A stretch of DNA of 64,000 bases from Octopus sinensis (GCF_006345805.1 NC_043006.1:102052001-102116000); one strand, 5' to 3'. Counted from the stretch's first letter, positions 25,056-40,230 are shown. Program-made: numbers and translations. The notes: generated from the sequence alone by a model not told the origin.

Positions 25056-26519
25056 AAATAGTGGTACAACAAGGCACCAATGTTATTGACTGCTATTTCC
25101 AGCAAACATTGGTGCCTTGTCATACCACTACTTCTTATTTATAATTCTACCTGTATGGTGCTTTATTTGACTGGAAAGTGATACTATTGCATTGTAATAT
25201 TTAAAACTTTATAACAGTTGGACTATAGTAAGTCTCAAAAATCCTATGATTATAAACCAAAATCATATCTATTATTTCAGTAGTGCTTAAATTGTATGTT
25301 TTTTTTATTTCCTTTAAGTGATCTGGTCTTTGTCAAAAAGTCTTGGTATATTTTATACACAATGTTCTACTCTTTCAGGCTCCAAGCAAATGCTGATAAT
25401 ATTTTGTTTGCGATTTGATTTGGTAGAATAATACAATCTTACAGGTTTTCTCTTTCAAGGGGAAATCCTTCTTCAGTTAAACAAAAGACGTCTTAGCTAT
25501 ATGAGTGGCTACTTTAATTTTAAATGGTGGATTACACCAACCAATATTTATAGGTCTATTCTTCATGTTATTCTTGCAGTTAATGAAATGCACATTATCC
25601 TTAAATCCACAATCTGCCAATGTCTCATTTTAATAAGTTGACTAATTCTTTAAAATGTACTCATTAGCAGATAAGCCAGCTAATTTTAATATGATGCTAA
25701 CCTTATTTTTATGTTAAAAGGTGGTGATTAGGAAATTTATTTATATAATTCAGAGTCTTGTAGAGTTTGCTGTCGGTTAATATAATCCATTAGATAGATT
25801 TGGGGTAAGATGCAAGAAATTCACTGTTGATAGATTTGCATCTAAGTTAATAAAAAAAACTAAGATCTTCAAAAACATAATCAGACCCTTCTTAAGCTTA
25901 TCTATTGAGTAATGGCATTCATTTAGTTATGGTCAACAGATGTACATTGTTTTATAATAAAATATACTGTTTTATTATACGCAAATATGGCAATCAATAT
26001 GGACTAACACACCCACAAATACATGCACACACGCATGCACGCACGTGCGTACTTAATCATGCAAACATGTTTTCATTCTTGTTCCCCAGACAAACTTGCA
26101 TATATACACCTAAACCGTATGCTCCTTCTTCCTCCCACCACACACACACACAAAGGCAGTGTCCCATACACACATATATATCACATGATCATGTGATTGA
26201 GCAGACTGTTGAATGCTGTTATACATCGCTAGTCACAATGCACTTTGCATCGTTTTAGCTTTCTAATGAGGCCACCCTACTGACTAAGTCAGCAGGCCAA
26301 AATACATACATATACATATATATATATACACACACACATACATACATACATATACATACATATAGGATGAGCCAAAAGTCATGCACAAAATTCAATATGT
26401 TCTAGAATTGTCCATGACATGTTTCAGTTTTTCTAAAATTGAATAAAACAATATTGAACACATACGTACTTCTACACGTTGAACAAAATTAATAATAATA
26501 ATAATAACAATAATAACTA

Positions 26520-26684
26520 CACTCACGGAGTGGTTGGCATTAGGAAGGGCATCCAGCTGTAGAAACACTGCCAGATCAGACTGGGCCTGGTGCAGCCTTC
26601 AGGCTTCCCAGACCCCAGTTGAACCGTCCAACCCATGCTAGCATGGAAAACGGACGCTAAACGATGATGATGATGATGATGATG
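26520..26684 (+). mobile_element. RTE-3'UTR-derived short element ((GAT)n tail)
   Basis: Nearly colinear with 7480-7630 (CACGGAGTGGTTGGCATTAGGAAGGGC...CCAACCCATGCTAGC...AAAACGGACG). Confidence 0.85.
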
Positions 26685-27189
26685 AAATACTACAATGTTT
26701 GCACTCTTTGACAATAAATGCTGGTTCTGTTGTTGACACAGCTTGATAATGATGTGTTTTTTATTCAAAGGTCAGATGATAAATAAATTAATGCTACTAC
26801 ATATTTTACATATGTGGGTGGGAGTGATTGGATTGGTGCAAAAAATATGTGGTGTGTATGAAGTGCTGGATTATATTCTCATGGTAATATGTGCAGAAGA
26901 TAAGAAGAAGGGAGTCAAGGTTCAAAAGAACCAGCAGGGACAAGTAAGGAGGTAGAGTGGGATATGGGTATAAGCATGGGGTAATGGTAATCATATGTGT
27001 AAAGATGAATGTAGTGGACAGTAAGCAGGAACGGAAGCAATCAGAAGTAAATATGAATGGAAAGATGATAAGAACAATGGTCAGATGGTTTGTAGAGAAA
27101 GCAGATTTTGTATACGGCTGACGTACAGGAATGATATACACTGAGAGTGCATGGGAAATCAATGCTCCCAGTTGTCCAGGAGTATTGCT

Positions 27190-27730
27190 AGGAGTAGCAG
27201 ATAGTCTCTGTTACTTAGGTAACTTAACATTTTCTGAAAGTATTGTAGCCAGTGGTAGAGCAGGCTAGAGAATGTTCAAGGAGCTACTAACTTTGTTGGT
27301 AACAAAAGGTTTCTCTCACAGGGGCAAAAACCAAACCTTATGATCCCTGTGTACAAACTCCAATGCTATGTGGTAGCATGACATAGGCCCTAAATGCAGA
27401 GGACCTGCAAAGATTAGAAAGCAATGAAGCAAGCATATTCCTCAAAGTGTGCAGTGTTAGTGTCTATGAACAACTAAGTGCATTATGTGTGAAGAGAAAA
27501 ACTGGGTGTAAGAGAGGATACTGCATTGGTTTGGTCATGTGATATGTATGGATAAGAATAGTTGTGTAAGGAAACACCAATCACTTTCTGTACATGAAAG
27601 AGGGAAACATAGGTTGAAGATGTGAAGGCTGATCTCAGGATGTTGAGCCTCACGGAGGAGATGACAAGGGAATAGGACAATTAGTGATGTGTAGTGCTTG
27701 AAAAGACCTGCCTATCTAAGCTAACACAGT
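27190..27730 (+). mobile_element. Degenerate RTE LINE 3' portion
   Basis: Contains DSLCYLG, FKELL.LL.TKG, AEDLQRLESNEAS and LHWFGHV motifs. It is homologous to 63600-64000. Confidence 0.8.
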
Positions 27731-28606
27731 GTGCCCGAACTTCTGAAAGCATAATTTGTATTCACAGTAAGCATGCAACCAGGTCCTTCTGTGTCCTTCT
27801 GGAGTCTACCACTGTTTTTTTCATTTGCCTTTTAACCTGTAGTTTTATTATCAATCTTCAGAGAAATAACAAAATGCTGTGCTCATACTACTATTATCAT
27901 CACCATCGTGTGTGATTTATTGATCTTCTGCACAACGGTCAATGACATTCTGACTTCAGTCTCTTTGATGAAGGAAATGAAGCAATGTTGAGCATTTTGG
28001 TTCTGACAGAGATAAGTCATTAAAGAAGCTGTTGAGCCATTTATTCATCAGTTATCTTATACAGCTGTTCTCTTTTCTCTTTTTATATTTTCTGACAAGG
28101 ATCGTTAGTTAATTGCAGACACGATCATTTTACAGACAGAATGTAACTTAATATGACATAACTTATGTGTTGTCCTCTTTTTCTGTAGAACTTGACATTT
28201 TATGTTTTTTCTAATTTTCACCTGTATTTGGAAACTTGATAATACTTGGGATTACAAATGAGAGATAGTTTGTTTTTGTATAAGGTTTGATCTCAGCTCA
28301 GTTAACCAACTAAAATAATTTTTCAGTTTAAAATCATTTTAACCCTTCACTCCAAAACCATTGAGTGAGTGTGTATGTGTGCATATATGTGTATGTAAAT
28401 AGGTGCTGGCATGGCCATGTAATTAGAAGACTTGTTTTGCAGTAACATAGTTTTGAGTACAGTCCTGGTGCATGGCACCTTAGGCAACGAGTGTTTTCTA
28501 TTGTAACTGCAAGCTGACCAATACCTTGTAAGTGAATTTAGCTGACAGTAACTATGTAGAAGCTTGTCACATATGCGTGTGTGTGTATGTTTAATATTTA
28601 TATATA

Positions 28607-28790
28607 TCATCATCATTTAACATCCGTTGTCCATGCTGGCATGGGTTGGACAGTTTGACCAAAGCTGGCAAGTTGGAAGGCTGCACCAGACTCCAGTCTG
28701 ATTTGGCATGGTTCCTACAGCTGGATGCCCTTCCTAATGCCAACCACTCTGAGAGTGTAATGGGCACTTTTATGTGCCACTGGTGTGACA
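28607..28790 (-). mobile_element. RTE-3'UTR-derived short element
   Basis: Reverse complement of the 26520 family, with a (TCA)n tail at 28607. Confidence 0.8.
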
Positions 28791-30007
28791 CTGTTATCTG
28801 CCATGACTGCGATTTTACTAGGCTTGATAGGTCTTCATCTCAAGCATGACATAATGCCAAAGGTCTCGGTCATTGCCTCAATGAAGCCCAGCACTCAAAA
28901 GGAGCTCAGCCTCTTTGCCTCTATGAGGCTCAACACTCAAAAGGTGCTTTTTACGTGTCACCAGCACAAGTACCAGTTACAGAACACCAGCATCATCTGC
29001 AACTACAATTTCACTTGGTTGGACAGGTCTTCTCAGTCACTAGTTATTGCCTCTGTGAGACCCAAAGTTTGAAGATTGTGCTTCACCACATCGTCCTATG
29101 TCTTCCTGGGTCTACCCCTACCACAGGTTCCTTCCACAGTTAGAGATTGGCTCACATGTGTGTTTTTGTGTTTGTTCCACCACCACTTAACAACTGATGT
29201 TGGTGTAAGTCCCCATGACCTAGCAGTTCAGCAGATTAAAGTGACAGAATTAGCGGTCAAAGTAAACTGGTGTTTAAATTTCTTTGACTAACCTGACAAC
29301 GCATTTCTTCAACATGGCTGCAGTCCTATGACTGAAACAAGTAAAAGATTAAAGGAATATGTATTCTTAAGGTCTTTTTTTTTTTCTTATGTCAAGAAAG
29401 TGGATCTGAATAACTAACATTGCCTTACCCAAACTACAGCTGCAGTGATTAGATCTGAACTCACGACACTTCTGTCAAGAGGCCGATACATTATCGACCC
29501 AACTATTTGAAAACTCATCCAAATGTTGAATATGATGATGCTGTCAGAAGTGTTCTAAAAACTAGTTGAACCAGGAATGATTGCTAACAGTATGGCAAAT
29601 TTCCAATGGCTCTAATTGTAACTATGTTAGGGAAGGTGTAAATGATGTTAACACATTTGATCGATCATGACAATCTTTTCATACCAATTCCCAGTTTCTC
29701 TGACCTTAGAACAGGGAAGCAAAAGGTCTATTTATTTATTTAGTTATTTATTTATTTATTTATTTATTTATGCAATGAGAAACTGGTGAAAACTGTGGTC
29801 TTTCTCTTTTCTCTTCAGTAGGATAGTTGGGAAGATTGCCTAAGGTTATTACTGTTTAATTTTTAGTTTCAGTTGAAGTAGAGTAGTCGGGTTGGTGTAG
29901 TGGCTTAAAGCCTGGTAGTTCCTGGCTGAACAAAAATTATCAACCCTAATAAATCCTGTGTGTTCAGATTTTAGAAAGCTGTCCATTGTAGCATAGAAAT
30001 ATATGTG

Positions 30008-30044
<37 letters not shown>

Positions 30045-30407
30045 CCAGTAGTAGCATTATACATAGTTCCAGGTTTGTGTTTGGGTTTTTGTTATGTATG
30101 AATAGATAATTGAAAAATTTTTTGTTTAAATTTGGAGTCAACAAGAAAGTGTATGGTTGGATATTTATTTTCAATCACTACAATTGTTTCTACGAAACAT
30201 AGTTCTCCGGCATGCAGGTACTTCATTATGCAACCATTTCCTTGTATTATGAGAGCTAGTTGGGTTTCCTCTGGTGATACGTAAATATTGTCTCCATAAG
30301 TTCAAATTCTTGGCTTCAAGAGCATCCTTTCAGTCTATTGTGGCCAGAAGTTAGTAGTAGCCACTGAGTTTATCAAGGTGTGTTGTCGCTGAAGGACCGT
30401 TTTTAAT

Positions 30408-30458
<51 letters not shown>

Positions 30459-30854
30459 CAACAATATTAAGGAATGGCCCTGATAGGCCATTCGACTCAC
30501 CAGAAAGAGCAGCCAAACTCAAACTGCTAAAAAGTAGTAATTCAGAAATCAAAGGAAAATTAAAAAACATTTACCCTAATCATCTTTGGACAATGCATTG
30601 TTTCGACGTACTTTTTGGCAAACCAGCCTAATTAAATTAAATTTAATTTAATCAAGTCAATTTACCTCTGGCCCGTCTCAGGTGCAGACGTGGCTGTGTG
30701 TCAAAAACTTATTTCCCAACCAAATTGTTCCAGGTTCAGTCCCACTGCATGGCATCTAGAGCAAGTGCCTTCTGCTATAGCCTCAGGTTGAGCAAAGTCT
30801 TACGAGTGGATTCGGTTGATAGAAACTAAGAGAAGCCTCTCAAATATCTAAATA

Positions 30855-31100
30855 TGTAAAACTGAGAATGCATGTCTATGTGTGCATCACTAAAACTCAA
30901 GAACTACCCAACAGATTTCATTCAAATTTCATATATGCCTTACTTAGGGTCCATGGGCCAAAATACATTCACCTTCTTGGCTAATGCGAGCCCAGAGCAA
31001 TCTCTTTTCTCTTACACTATTTCGGTATTATGTCAAAGAAGTGAAACAATAACATCTCTATTGTAATGAGAGATAATACTTTCAGTTTTAATAGTGAAAC
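30855..31100. mobile_element. Possible Helentron/DINE-like non-autonomous fragment
   Basis: AGAACTACCCAACAGATTTCATTCAAATTTCA resembles the CCGATTT...AAATTT core of such elements. No termini were confirmed. Confidence 0.3.
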
Positions 31101-31115
31101 TATTAAAATTTTCAC

Positions 31116-31159
<44 letters not shown>

Positions 31160-32202
31160 CGACTTGTTTGTCCTTGTTTGCCCCCTCTATATTTGTTTGT
31201 CCTTGTTTGCCCCTCTATAGTTAGCCCCCTGTGGGCAATTAATGAAATAAATATATGCCCCTGGTTAATTATTTAGATCATTTGAATCATTTGTATACTA
31301 ATTCCCCTTTCCATGTCTGCCCCAATGTTATACAATATGATTTTGTCTTGGTCATGAGAGTGGTGGATTGGCAGAATTGTTAGAACATCAAACAAAAGTC
31401 TTATCTTTCTGGGTGATGTGTGTGGTGGGTAAGGGTAAAGAAATTCTTTTTTTTTAAATACTGTCAAGTAGTGGAGCCAATTTCAGTAAGAAAGCCCCTG
31501 GTTCTGAACTGGACACTTTGTGCCTATGTTAGAAATTCTTATTATGGACAGGATCTCGTGTTTATGATGATGGTGATGATGATGATGTGGATCACCATCA
31601 TCATCATCATGTGAACATTCTGCATGACCAACTAATGACTCTTTTGTTTTATAATTTATTATTTTTCTAATCATTGAAATCATGGATGGAAGAATTTTTC
31701 TGTTTCCATAACGTCAGATTTTGTTTCAACACATTCTCCTGATGACCTCTTTTTCTTTGTCTTAGCTTATGAAGAAAAAAAATTGATTCCAACCTGTTGA
31801 AATAGAATCTAACATTGCCAGGAGTAATCTTTGATATTTGAATCATTTCAAATCGTTTTCTCTTTCTCCTCTCTCCCTCTCCCTCTCCTCTCTTGCTTAT
31901 ACTTTCTCTTTCACTTTCTCTATTAATTATTATAGCTTTTTTGTTGGGGGGTTTTTTTGTGTTTATTTGTTTTCCCCTGCAGTATATTAAGATGACTATC
32001 TACTAGTATACACATTTTTATGAATATACATACATACATGTGTGTGTGTGTGTGTGTAAATGTATATGGGTTTGTGTTGTGTGTTTACACAACACTATAA
32101 CTACAGTATAATCATGTATTTGATGGAAAACATCTTAAAGAGGAATTACTTCAGAAAAGTAAATATTGGTACATACTTACATAAATACACTCTCTGTCTC
32201 TT

Positions 32203-32251
<49 letters not shown>

Positions 32252-32573
32252 ATCACACACACAAATTTTCATACATTCATGTATGTAAACAAATATATCT
32301 TTTCTTTAAATGTTTTCATTTATATTCATAAACAATAACCTCGGAAGTGTTTCAGTCAATGCCAACGTATCTGTGTAGTTAGAAAGCTTCTTCAACGTTC
32401 TAATGTTGTTTTTTAAAGTTTTGCCCTATCACTTCTCTTCAAGCAGCTTTCTAATCTTTCCATTTTCCTATGAGCTGCATACAATATAGTAAAAGACAAC
32501 ACTTACTATTGACATAAGTACAAAAAAAAAAGAACATAAGTTTATTGTAGTCTGTTGTACATGTGTAGTATTA

Positions 32574-32800
32574 TTAACCTTTTAGCATTCAGATTGTTCT
32601 GTCAAATGTAATGTTTAGTTAATCACATTGTTTTGAATTAATCATGCATTATCTTGTAGCTTTGCGATTTTAATGATGTGATTGTTTATTTTTGGAGTGA
32701 CATAAAGAGTAAGTGTGAGAGGTTAGATCTGGCTGGTTTGAATATAAAACATGTAGAATATTTGGCCCTGGTTTGGCCGGTTTAAATGTGAAAGGGTTAA
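32574..32800. mobile_element. piggyBac-like TTAA MITE
   Basis: TTAA-CCTTTTAGCATT ... AATGTGAAAGGG-TTAA. Confidence 0.8.
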
Positions 32801-33357
32801 TATAGATGGATGTATATCAGTATTAGATGAATATACACTCATATGAGTGTGTTCAATCTCTATGATTGAGGTAAGTTTAAAAGCAGTTAGATGTGTATGG
32901 GAACTCCTGTGTGTTGATGATTTAATTCTCATAGCTGAATCTATTGAAGAATTTGAGAAGAAACTCCAATTATGAAGCAAAGCTTAGGATCAAGGAAGTA
33001 AAAATACAATTTTAATGAAAACGTGTGCCAAGGAAAATAATCAAATGGATCAATAGCATGAAATTGAATATTGAAATCATAGAGTAATGTACTTACAGGC
33101 ATATATAAAAATTTGTTAATTTAAATTTCCTTCTAGTTGGAGAAAGAAATCCTTGACCTAATGCAGTAAGGGAAATAATCTGATGAAATTAAAAATAAAT
33201 TCCTCAAAGTTAATTTATCTGCTTAGAAGAAGATGAGGCTCATCTGTTTTTGCAAAAAAGAGACAACTTCAGACGTATTTCAATCTCTTTGACCTATACC
33301 ATTACTTTTGTTTTCATGCTACAAGATTCAGATAAGGTCTTCTCCACCACATCATAC

Positions 33358-33397
<40 letters not shown>

Positions 33398-33799
33398 CTT
33401 ATATATGCAAATACAAACTACTAAATACGCATAATACAGGTGTGGTTTTGTGTGCGTGTGCACATAAAATTCAAACTCCAAACTTAATATTTATAAAATT
33501 CAAATTTAATACAAAAGAGATAATAATTCAGGAGATGTTCCCCTTTGAGATGCATATTGATTTGTTTACTCTAAAATCTCATGTGATTTCATGGGATCTC
33601 ACATGATTTTATTGTGTTTTGTCAAAGATAGAGACAAATATCAACATCCCAAGGTGCAGACTTGAATAATTGTTGAGATATATCTCTCTCAACATGAAAT
33701 CAATGGTAGCCTGATTACCCCATGAATAATGAATATTTATCCACCAATGCGGTGTTGAGCACTCATTCTCACTGTTCAATATTAATGTGTGTGTGTGTA

Positions 33800-33838
<39 letters not shown>

Positions 33839-34407
33839 GTATGTGTATATATATATATAAATAAAAGCAAAATTCAGTCAGTCCATCTGGGACCCCTGTA
33901 TCTCTGACTACATTTGCTCTACATAGACATATAATACTGTTTTGGAATCAGGATGATTCTCGAATTGAAAATCTACCCTTCATTTGGTTCTCAAACATCC
34001 AGCATTGGGATCTGATTTAAAAACATTTAGGTTGCTATTTCTAGCAGGTAAACCTTGGCTGATTCACACCATCTTGATTAGTATTTATCAAATGATGTCA
34101 GAAATCAAGGGAGAGATAAATGACATCTGCTTCATTAATTTTACATCAAGATATGAACTTTGAGACAAATTGGCCAATAGTTGGAATTCAACTTGGGATT
34201 GAAACAGTAGAATGATTGCATTACAGAATTAATTCTCATCCTTCTTTAACCTCTGATCAAACACCACTGGGGCACATAGTCATTATAGACATACTATAGT
34301 CATGCAATTTAGCTCTCTTTAGTTTTGGGCTGCAGGCCCAATTAGACCTCTGTTTCAAAGTCCACAGAGAGTGTGGCTTTTAAGCTAGTATATATCATAT
34401 ATATAAT

Positions 34408-34447
<40 letters not shown>

Positions 34448-34635
34448 AGTAGTTGAATGAATTATCTTAGTATGGATAATTCGGTTAATCGATACCTGGG
34501 TAGCAAATTCACGTCAGAATAACACGGTTGAAGCTACATGCCAAGGGCAGAGATCACGTGCTTTCATGTGGAAATTTGTGTGTTTTTTTAATACAAATAA
34601 ATGAAAGAATGGAGTTGATATATATATATATATAC

Positions 34636-34691
<56 letters not shown>

Positions 34692-35536
34692 CATATATAT
34701 ATAGACAGACATGATTGTATGTAAATGCTTGTAGCTGTCATTTAAGCTTGGTTAAGATTTCAAGATCCTACACCTGATAAATTTAGCATTCAGATATCTT
34801 GTATGTTACAGAATTTATGTGACTTGATTAAAAATTTAGAATTATCAAAATGAAGATAGTTCACTATTTTACGATATAACTTCAGGCTGACTGAAACTTT
34901 GTAGAGAGAAACTGAAAGAAACCTATCGTGTGTATGTGTGTAAGAGAGAGCCTCCTTGTTTTAGATATTTTGTGACGGTTGTAAATGAGTGTCACTGTCA
35001 TACAAGCAGTGTCATTCATTTCCAGTATTCTGTAGAAATATATTGCCAACATGATCGGTATCTAGACAGAAAATCTACCTCAAAATTTTTGTCTGACTTG
35101 TGCAAGCATGGGAAAGTAGACACTAACATGATGATGATGATGATTTGTATATTATGTATATATGCGTTTGTGTGTGTGTGTGTGTATGTGTGTGTGTCTG
35201 TGTGTATGTGTGTGTGTGTATATATATATATATGCACACACACACGTCTATGTATATACATGTGTGTGAAATACATGCATGTATATACATAGTCGATATA
35301 CATAGATGATACATACACCTATATATATATATAGGTGCATGTATCATCACCATCACCATCATCATCATCATCATATAGGTACAGTTGTTGCTGTGTAATT
35401 AACAAGTTTCAGGTTCCGCCACACTGATTAACGTCTTGGCTGAGTGTCTTCTCTTAAAGCCCCATGTTGGCCTATGCCCTATGAGTAGATTTGGTTGATG
35501 GAAACTGAAAGAAGCCTATCATGTGTGTGTGTGTGT

Positions 35537-35696
35537 GCTAATTCGCCGGTGTAATGGTAACACACTTAGTTGCATTAACAAAAGGATGTTGGCTCGAGTT
35601 CCACACGGATAGGAAAGCCTACTTTTTTTAAATGGCGGTACCCCAGCATGGCCACAGCTAGTGAGCTGAAACTAGATAAATAAATAAATAAATAAT
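35537..35696 (+). mobile_element. Short tRNA-derived SINE (family D, (TAAA)n tail)
   Basis: tRNA-like head GCCGGTGTAATGGTAACAC...GCTCGAGTTCC and a 3' CCCCAGCATGGCCACAGC segment similar to family A. Confidence 0.55.
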
Positions 35697-36279
35697 ATGA
35701 ATCCCCTCCCCATTGCTCCTACACATTGCACATCATCCATCACCTTTCTGATCTGTCCTCCTTCCTGAGCCACTTCTATTATGCTCACCTCATTCGCTCT
35801 CCATACTGATATTTCCCATAAACCACACCTCAACTCTAGTGATGAACAATAGTGGTGGTGGTGGTGTAGTTGATGGAAATATCATCTCTACCCTTATCTC
35901 TAACCATCTGTTACTCTCCCTTCTCTTATGAAACTACCACCTCCCTCTGATCCCTTGTCTGTATCATCTCATGCACACCTTCTTGTACCTTGAGAGTTTG
36001 CTCTCACACACCATCACTACCATCTTTATCCCTTTCCATCTACTCCCACCCACCCTTATGTAATGAGGAGTAGACATGTACTTCCTTTATTGCAAGACAC
36101 ATATGCTTGTCCCTCTATACCACCTATGCTTGTCCCATCTATGCTTGTCCCTCTATCATACCTTAGCCTTTCAATACTTGGCATGAACCCACCTCTTCCT
36201 CTCAGGTACTCCCACCACTTAGTAGAATCTTTTCCCTTGTGTTTTTTCCTGTTTTCCAAGTTACTTGGTAACCTCACTA

Positions 36280-36470
36280 GTGCCAGCAGCATGATGAAAA
36301 CATCCAGTACACACTGTAAAGTTTTTAGCATTAAGCAGAGCATCCAGCCATAGAAACCGAGCCAAATCTGACACCGAACTCAGCTCATCCCTGAAGCACA
36401 CCAGAACCTGTCCAACTGGCCAGTTTACATCAGCATGGAAAATGGTTGTTAAATGATGGTGATGATGATG
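36280..36470 (+). mobile_element. RTE-3'UTR-derived short element
   Basis: GAGCATCCAGCCATAGAAAC...CAGCATGGAAAATGG..TTAAATGATGGTGATGATG. Confidence 0.7.
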
Positions 36471-36648
36471 ATATATATATATATATACATGCATGCATGC
36501 ACACATGCATATATATATATATATACATACATGCATACATATATATATATATATTATATATATATACATACATACATACATATATATATGCACATATTCT
36601 TGCACACCCACGTGTGCACATGCATATATGAATGATTTAAAATGTGTA

Positions 36649-36700
<52 letters not shown>

Positions 36701-37300
36701 CAAGTATGAATAGATACACCCACATACTTCTATAGATGTATTCATTTTATATGTTTTTCCCATTTAAAAATTCTCAATGTTTCGGAAAATTTCTGAATTA
36801 ATTTATTGTTGTTGCTTTTGAAAGTTATATTAATTCTATGAACTGTTTTGTTCTTTCCTTTCACATTTTATTTTCATTGATTCATTTATTTTACTTTAAT
36901 TTCTCTTCTCGTCATTTCCTTCATTCTCTTTCCTTCTTTCTTCTCTTTCATTCATTTTCTCATTTACTATACTTTCTATCACTCAGTTTCGTTTTTTTTT
37001 CTTTTAATTTCCGTCATTCTCTTTTCATCTATTATTCTCTCTCTCTCACTTCCTCTGATTTCTTCTTGTTTCTCTTTCACTTTCTTTCTTCACAATCATG
37101 GCAAAAGAATAATGAATAATTCAGTCTATATGTGAATATCAACAGATCTACAGGAATATTTCATCGATGTGGTCATAGATTAGAAACAGTTTTTGCTTCC
37201 TTTTATTGTGGTTATTCACTCAGTTTGGTGTGAATCAAAATCTTCAGCTTCAAAAAGCAGAATAAAAGAGAAGTAATTCCTTTTAGAAACAGCAATTTTG

Positions 37301-37343
<43 letters not shown>

Positions 37344-38214
37344 TCCTCTTTATCACACTTTCATTATTATTGTATGGCCTCTCTTTGCAGCTGCCTTTTT
37401 CATCTTTCTCTATATAAATCTCGTGTCTTTTCTCTGTCCATCTTATATACATCCCTGTATCAATGTACTTGTGCATCTGTATGCAAGAATGTTTTCTATG
37501 TCTCTCTTATCTACCTTAATATATACCACTTTCTACATACATTTCTACCTTTCAGTCTATCTTCTTATCAGCTCTCAGATTGCCTTACGTATCTCTTTAG
37601 ACCACCACTGACATGTATTTCTAATATGCTGACTTTTTATCTTCTTATCTACCTCATTAAAGCACTGTCTCTCTACATATATATATATATATACCCACTA
37701 TGTCTACCACCTTACTTCTACTTACTTCTACCAATCAGTGTTTGCAACATGTCCCATACCATACTATATTACACTTCTACTATTTTTATTTCCGTGGGTA
37801 TAACATGCCTAGTTATTCTGCTGAATTGCCAAGCCATGCAACAGAGAGAAACTTTATTACTTGGCAGTAAATACAAAATTCATTGTCAACTAAAACAATG
37901 TCACTGTTTAGACCTGGATGAAATAGGGTGGATATTTATTTATTATTATTTTAGTTTTCTCCAGAACAATACAAAATACACATATTCCTCCCAACACAGT
38001 GGCAGCATTAACTGTAGCTGAGGCTTGAAATCCTTGAAAATTAGGATTACTGATCAGTAACCAAAACAGATTTGTCTATTTTAAGTAGAACCACTATCAA
38101 ATCCCTTCTTCATATATAACAATCTTTCTGCATTAATAAACAGCGCAGATAATGTTTGCTCTTAAACTACTTCCACTTATATGTATATAGAAAGTTCAGG
38201 TGAAAATATAGACA

Positions 38215-38377
38215 TAGGTGCATGTGTGGCTGTGTGGTAAGAAGCTTGCTTCCCAACCACATGGTTCTGGGTTCAGTCCCACTGCATGGTATCTTGAGCA
38301 AGTGTCTTCTACTATAGCCTCAGCCCAACCAAAGCCTTGTGAGTGGATTTGGCAGATGGAAACTGACAAAAGTTCAT

Positions 38378-38449
<72 letters not shown>

Positions 38450-38668
38450 TATTTATGTGTTTGTCCCCCTGCCATCACTTATCCACCGATGCTGGTGTGT
38501 TTATGTCCCTGTAACTTAACAGTTCAGTAAAAGATACTGATAGAATAAGTACTAGGCTTTCAAAGAATAAGTCCTGAGGTCAATTTCTTCAACTAAAAAC
38601 TTTCAAGGTGCTGCTCCAGCATGGCTGCAGTCAAATGATTGAAACAATTATAAGAATAGAAGAATAGT
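38215..38668 (+). mobile_element. SINE family A
   Basis: GTGGCTGTGTGGTAAGAAG head, GGTTCAGTCCC B box, internal (TG)n(AG)n and the family A tail. Confidence 0.9.
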
Positions 38669-40190
38669 GTACAATGGTTAGTAATTGCATCCTACAACCA
38701 ATTACTGTGAAATGGTGCATAAATTGTAAATATTAATTAATCTAAAGTACAAGTTCCTTCCTTTTCTTAGTTCTATCAACTGCATTCTATTCCCTTTGGG
38801 CTATGCTTTCCATCATTACCTTGAAGTCAATAAAAACATTACATAAATTGAAGTATGTTCTTACGTGGAGAGTGCCATAGTGCTTTTGGTAAGCTTCTTT
38901 GTTACTGAAATTTGCAACCTGGGTTAAAATAGTATTTATTATAGTCTATATTCCACTAAAGCCCTTGAAAACTTCTTCTCACAATTCCTATTCCCTACTC
39001 ACTGACAGCAACTGGGGTCATCACCCATGGAGGGATATTTCTGATCATTGATGGTTAAGAAATTAACTTTATCACATCAGTGCACTGGAGAAATAAATAA
39101 ATATTTGTCATTATACTTTATAGGTATAGGAGATAAAGATTCTGTGAAGTTCAGAACCTTTTAGTTGATTTGTATATATTAGCTTATAAACCAGTTACTG
39201 ACTGATTTCAGATCTCAGAAGAAGAACTATCACAGAAACCAATTAGCAAATCGAGTGATGAAGGAGTGTTATTCTTGCAAGATGACAGATTAATGATTAC
39301 TCTGCTGATAACATAAGACGGACAAATGCTTACTATCTAAGATCAAAGTCATATATTACAGAATATGATCATTTGAGAAATTATAGCAAGATTATAGGAA
39401 ACTACAAATTTTCTAATTTGCAGTTTTCGTATGATCTTGCTATAATTCCATCTTAGAGTAGGGAGGGAAAAAAATATATACAAAATGAAGTGAACACTTA
39501 TAAAAGATTACAAAATATTACTAGTAAACTAGATACAAGATGATATATAGTAACAAGCTTTTATCAAGTGAAATATAACTTACACTAACCTACTAAAATG
39601 TGCCAGAAAAGAATTCTGTAGATTATTGAAACACACAAAATTCAAGATTTAGAGACATAGACTTTAAAGAGATAAATGATAAAGCAGACCTCAGCTTTGA
39701 TAGAATCGATTTTAATGCTTATCTCTGCTGTATCAATCAAATAAGTAATTAGTAACAGTAATATACTGTGGGTTGCCTGTAAAACTAAACCTTTACCACC
39801 CAAATAAATTGACCTTCTGCTTAATTAAAAGAAAATGAATGTTTGGAATACTCCCAGAGCTACTAATTTCTTAAAAGCAAATAAAATATTTGCAAATCAC
39901 CACCCTCATCTCATAACACAAAATCATGCACGTGTACAAATACACGTGCATACCATAAATGCATAAACTTGTGTTTGTGTGCTTATATAAATGCATATTT
40001 GTTGATTTGTGAAGAAAAGTTATCTTTGCATTTACATTAAAATTTGATAATATATCCGTTTTCAGTATCGAAAATATTTTAGTTTTCATAGACTTATGAC
40101 ATTTCTGTTTATTTCATTGTTAAAATATTCTTATCTTTCAAACAACTATGTTTTTAACAACAGTATTGTGTTTGTGTGTGTGTGTGTGTG

Positions 40191-40230
<40 letters not shown>

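Noticed and set aside
37374-38021. Longest ORF in the track (215 aa)
   Set aside because: Low-complexity CT/TA-rich composition, a non-ATG start and no recognisable domain.
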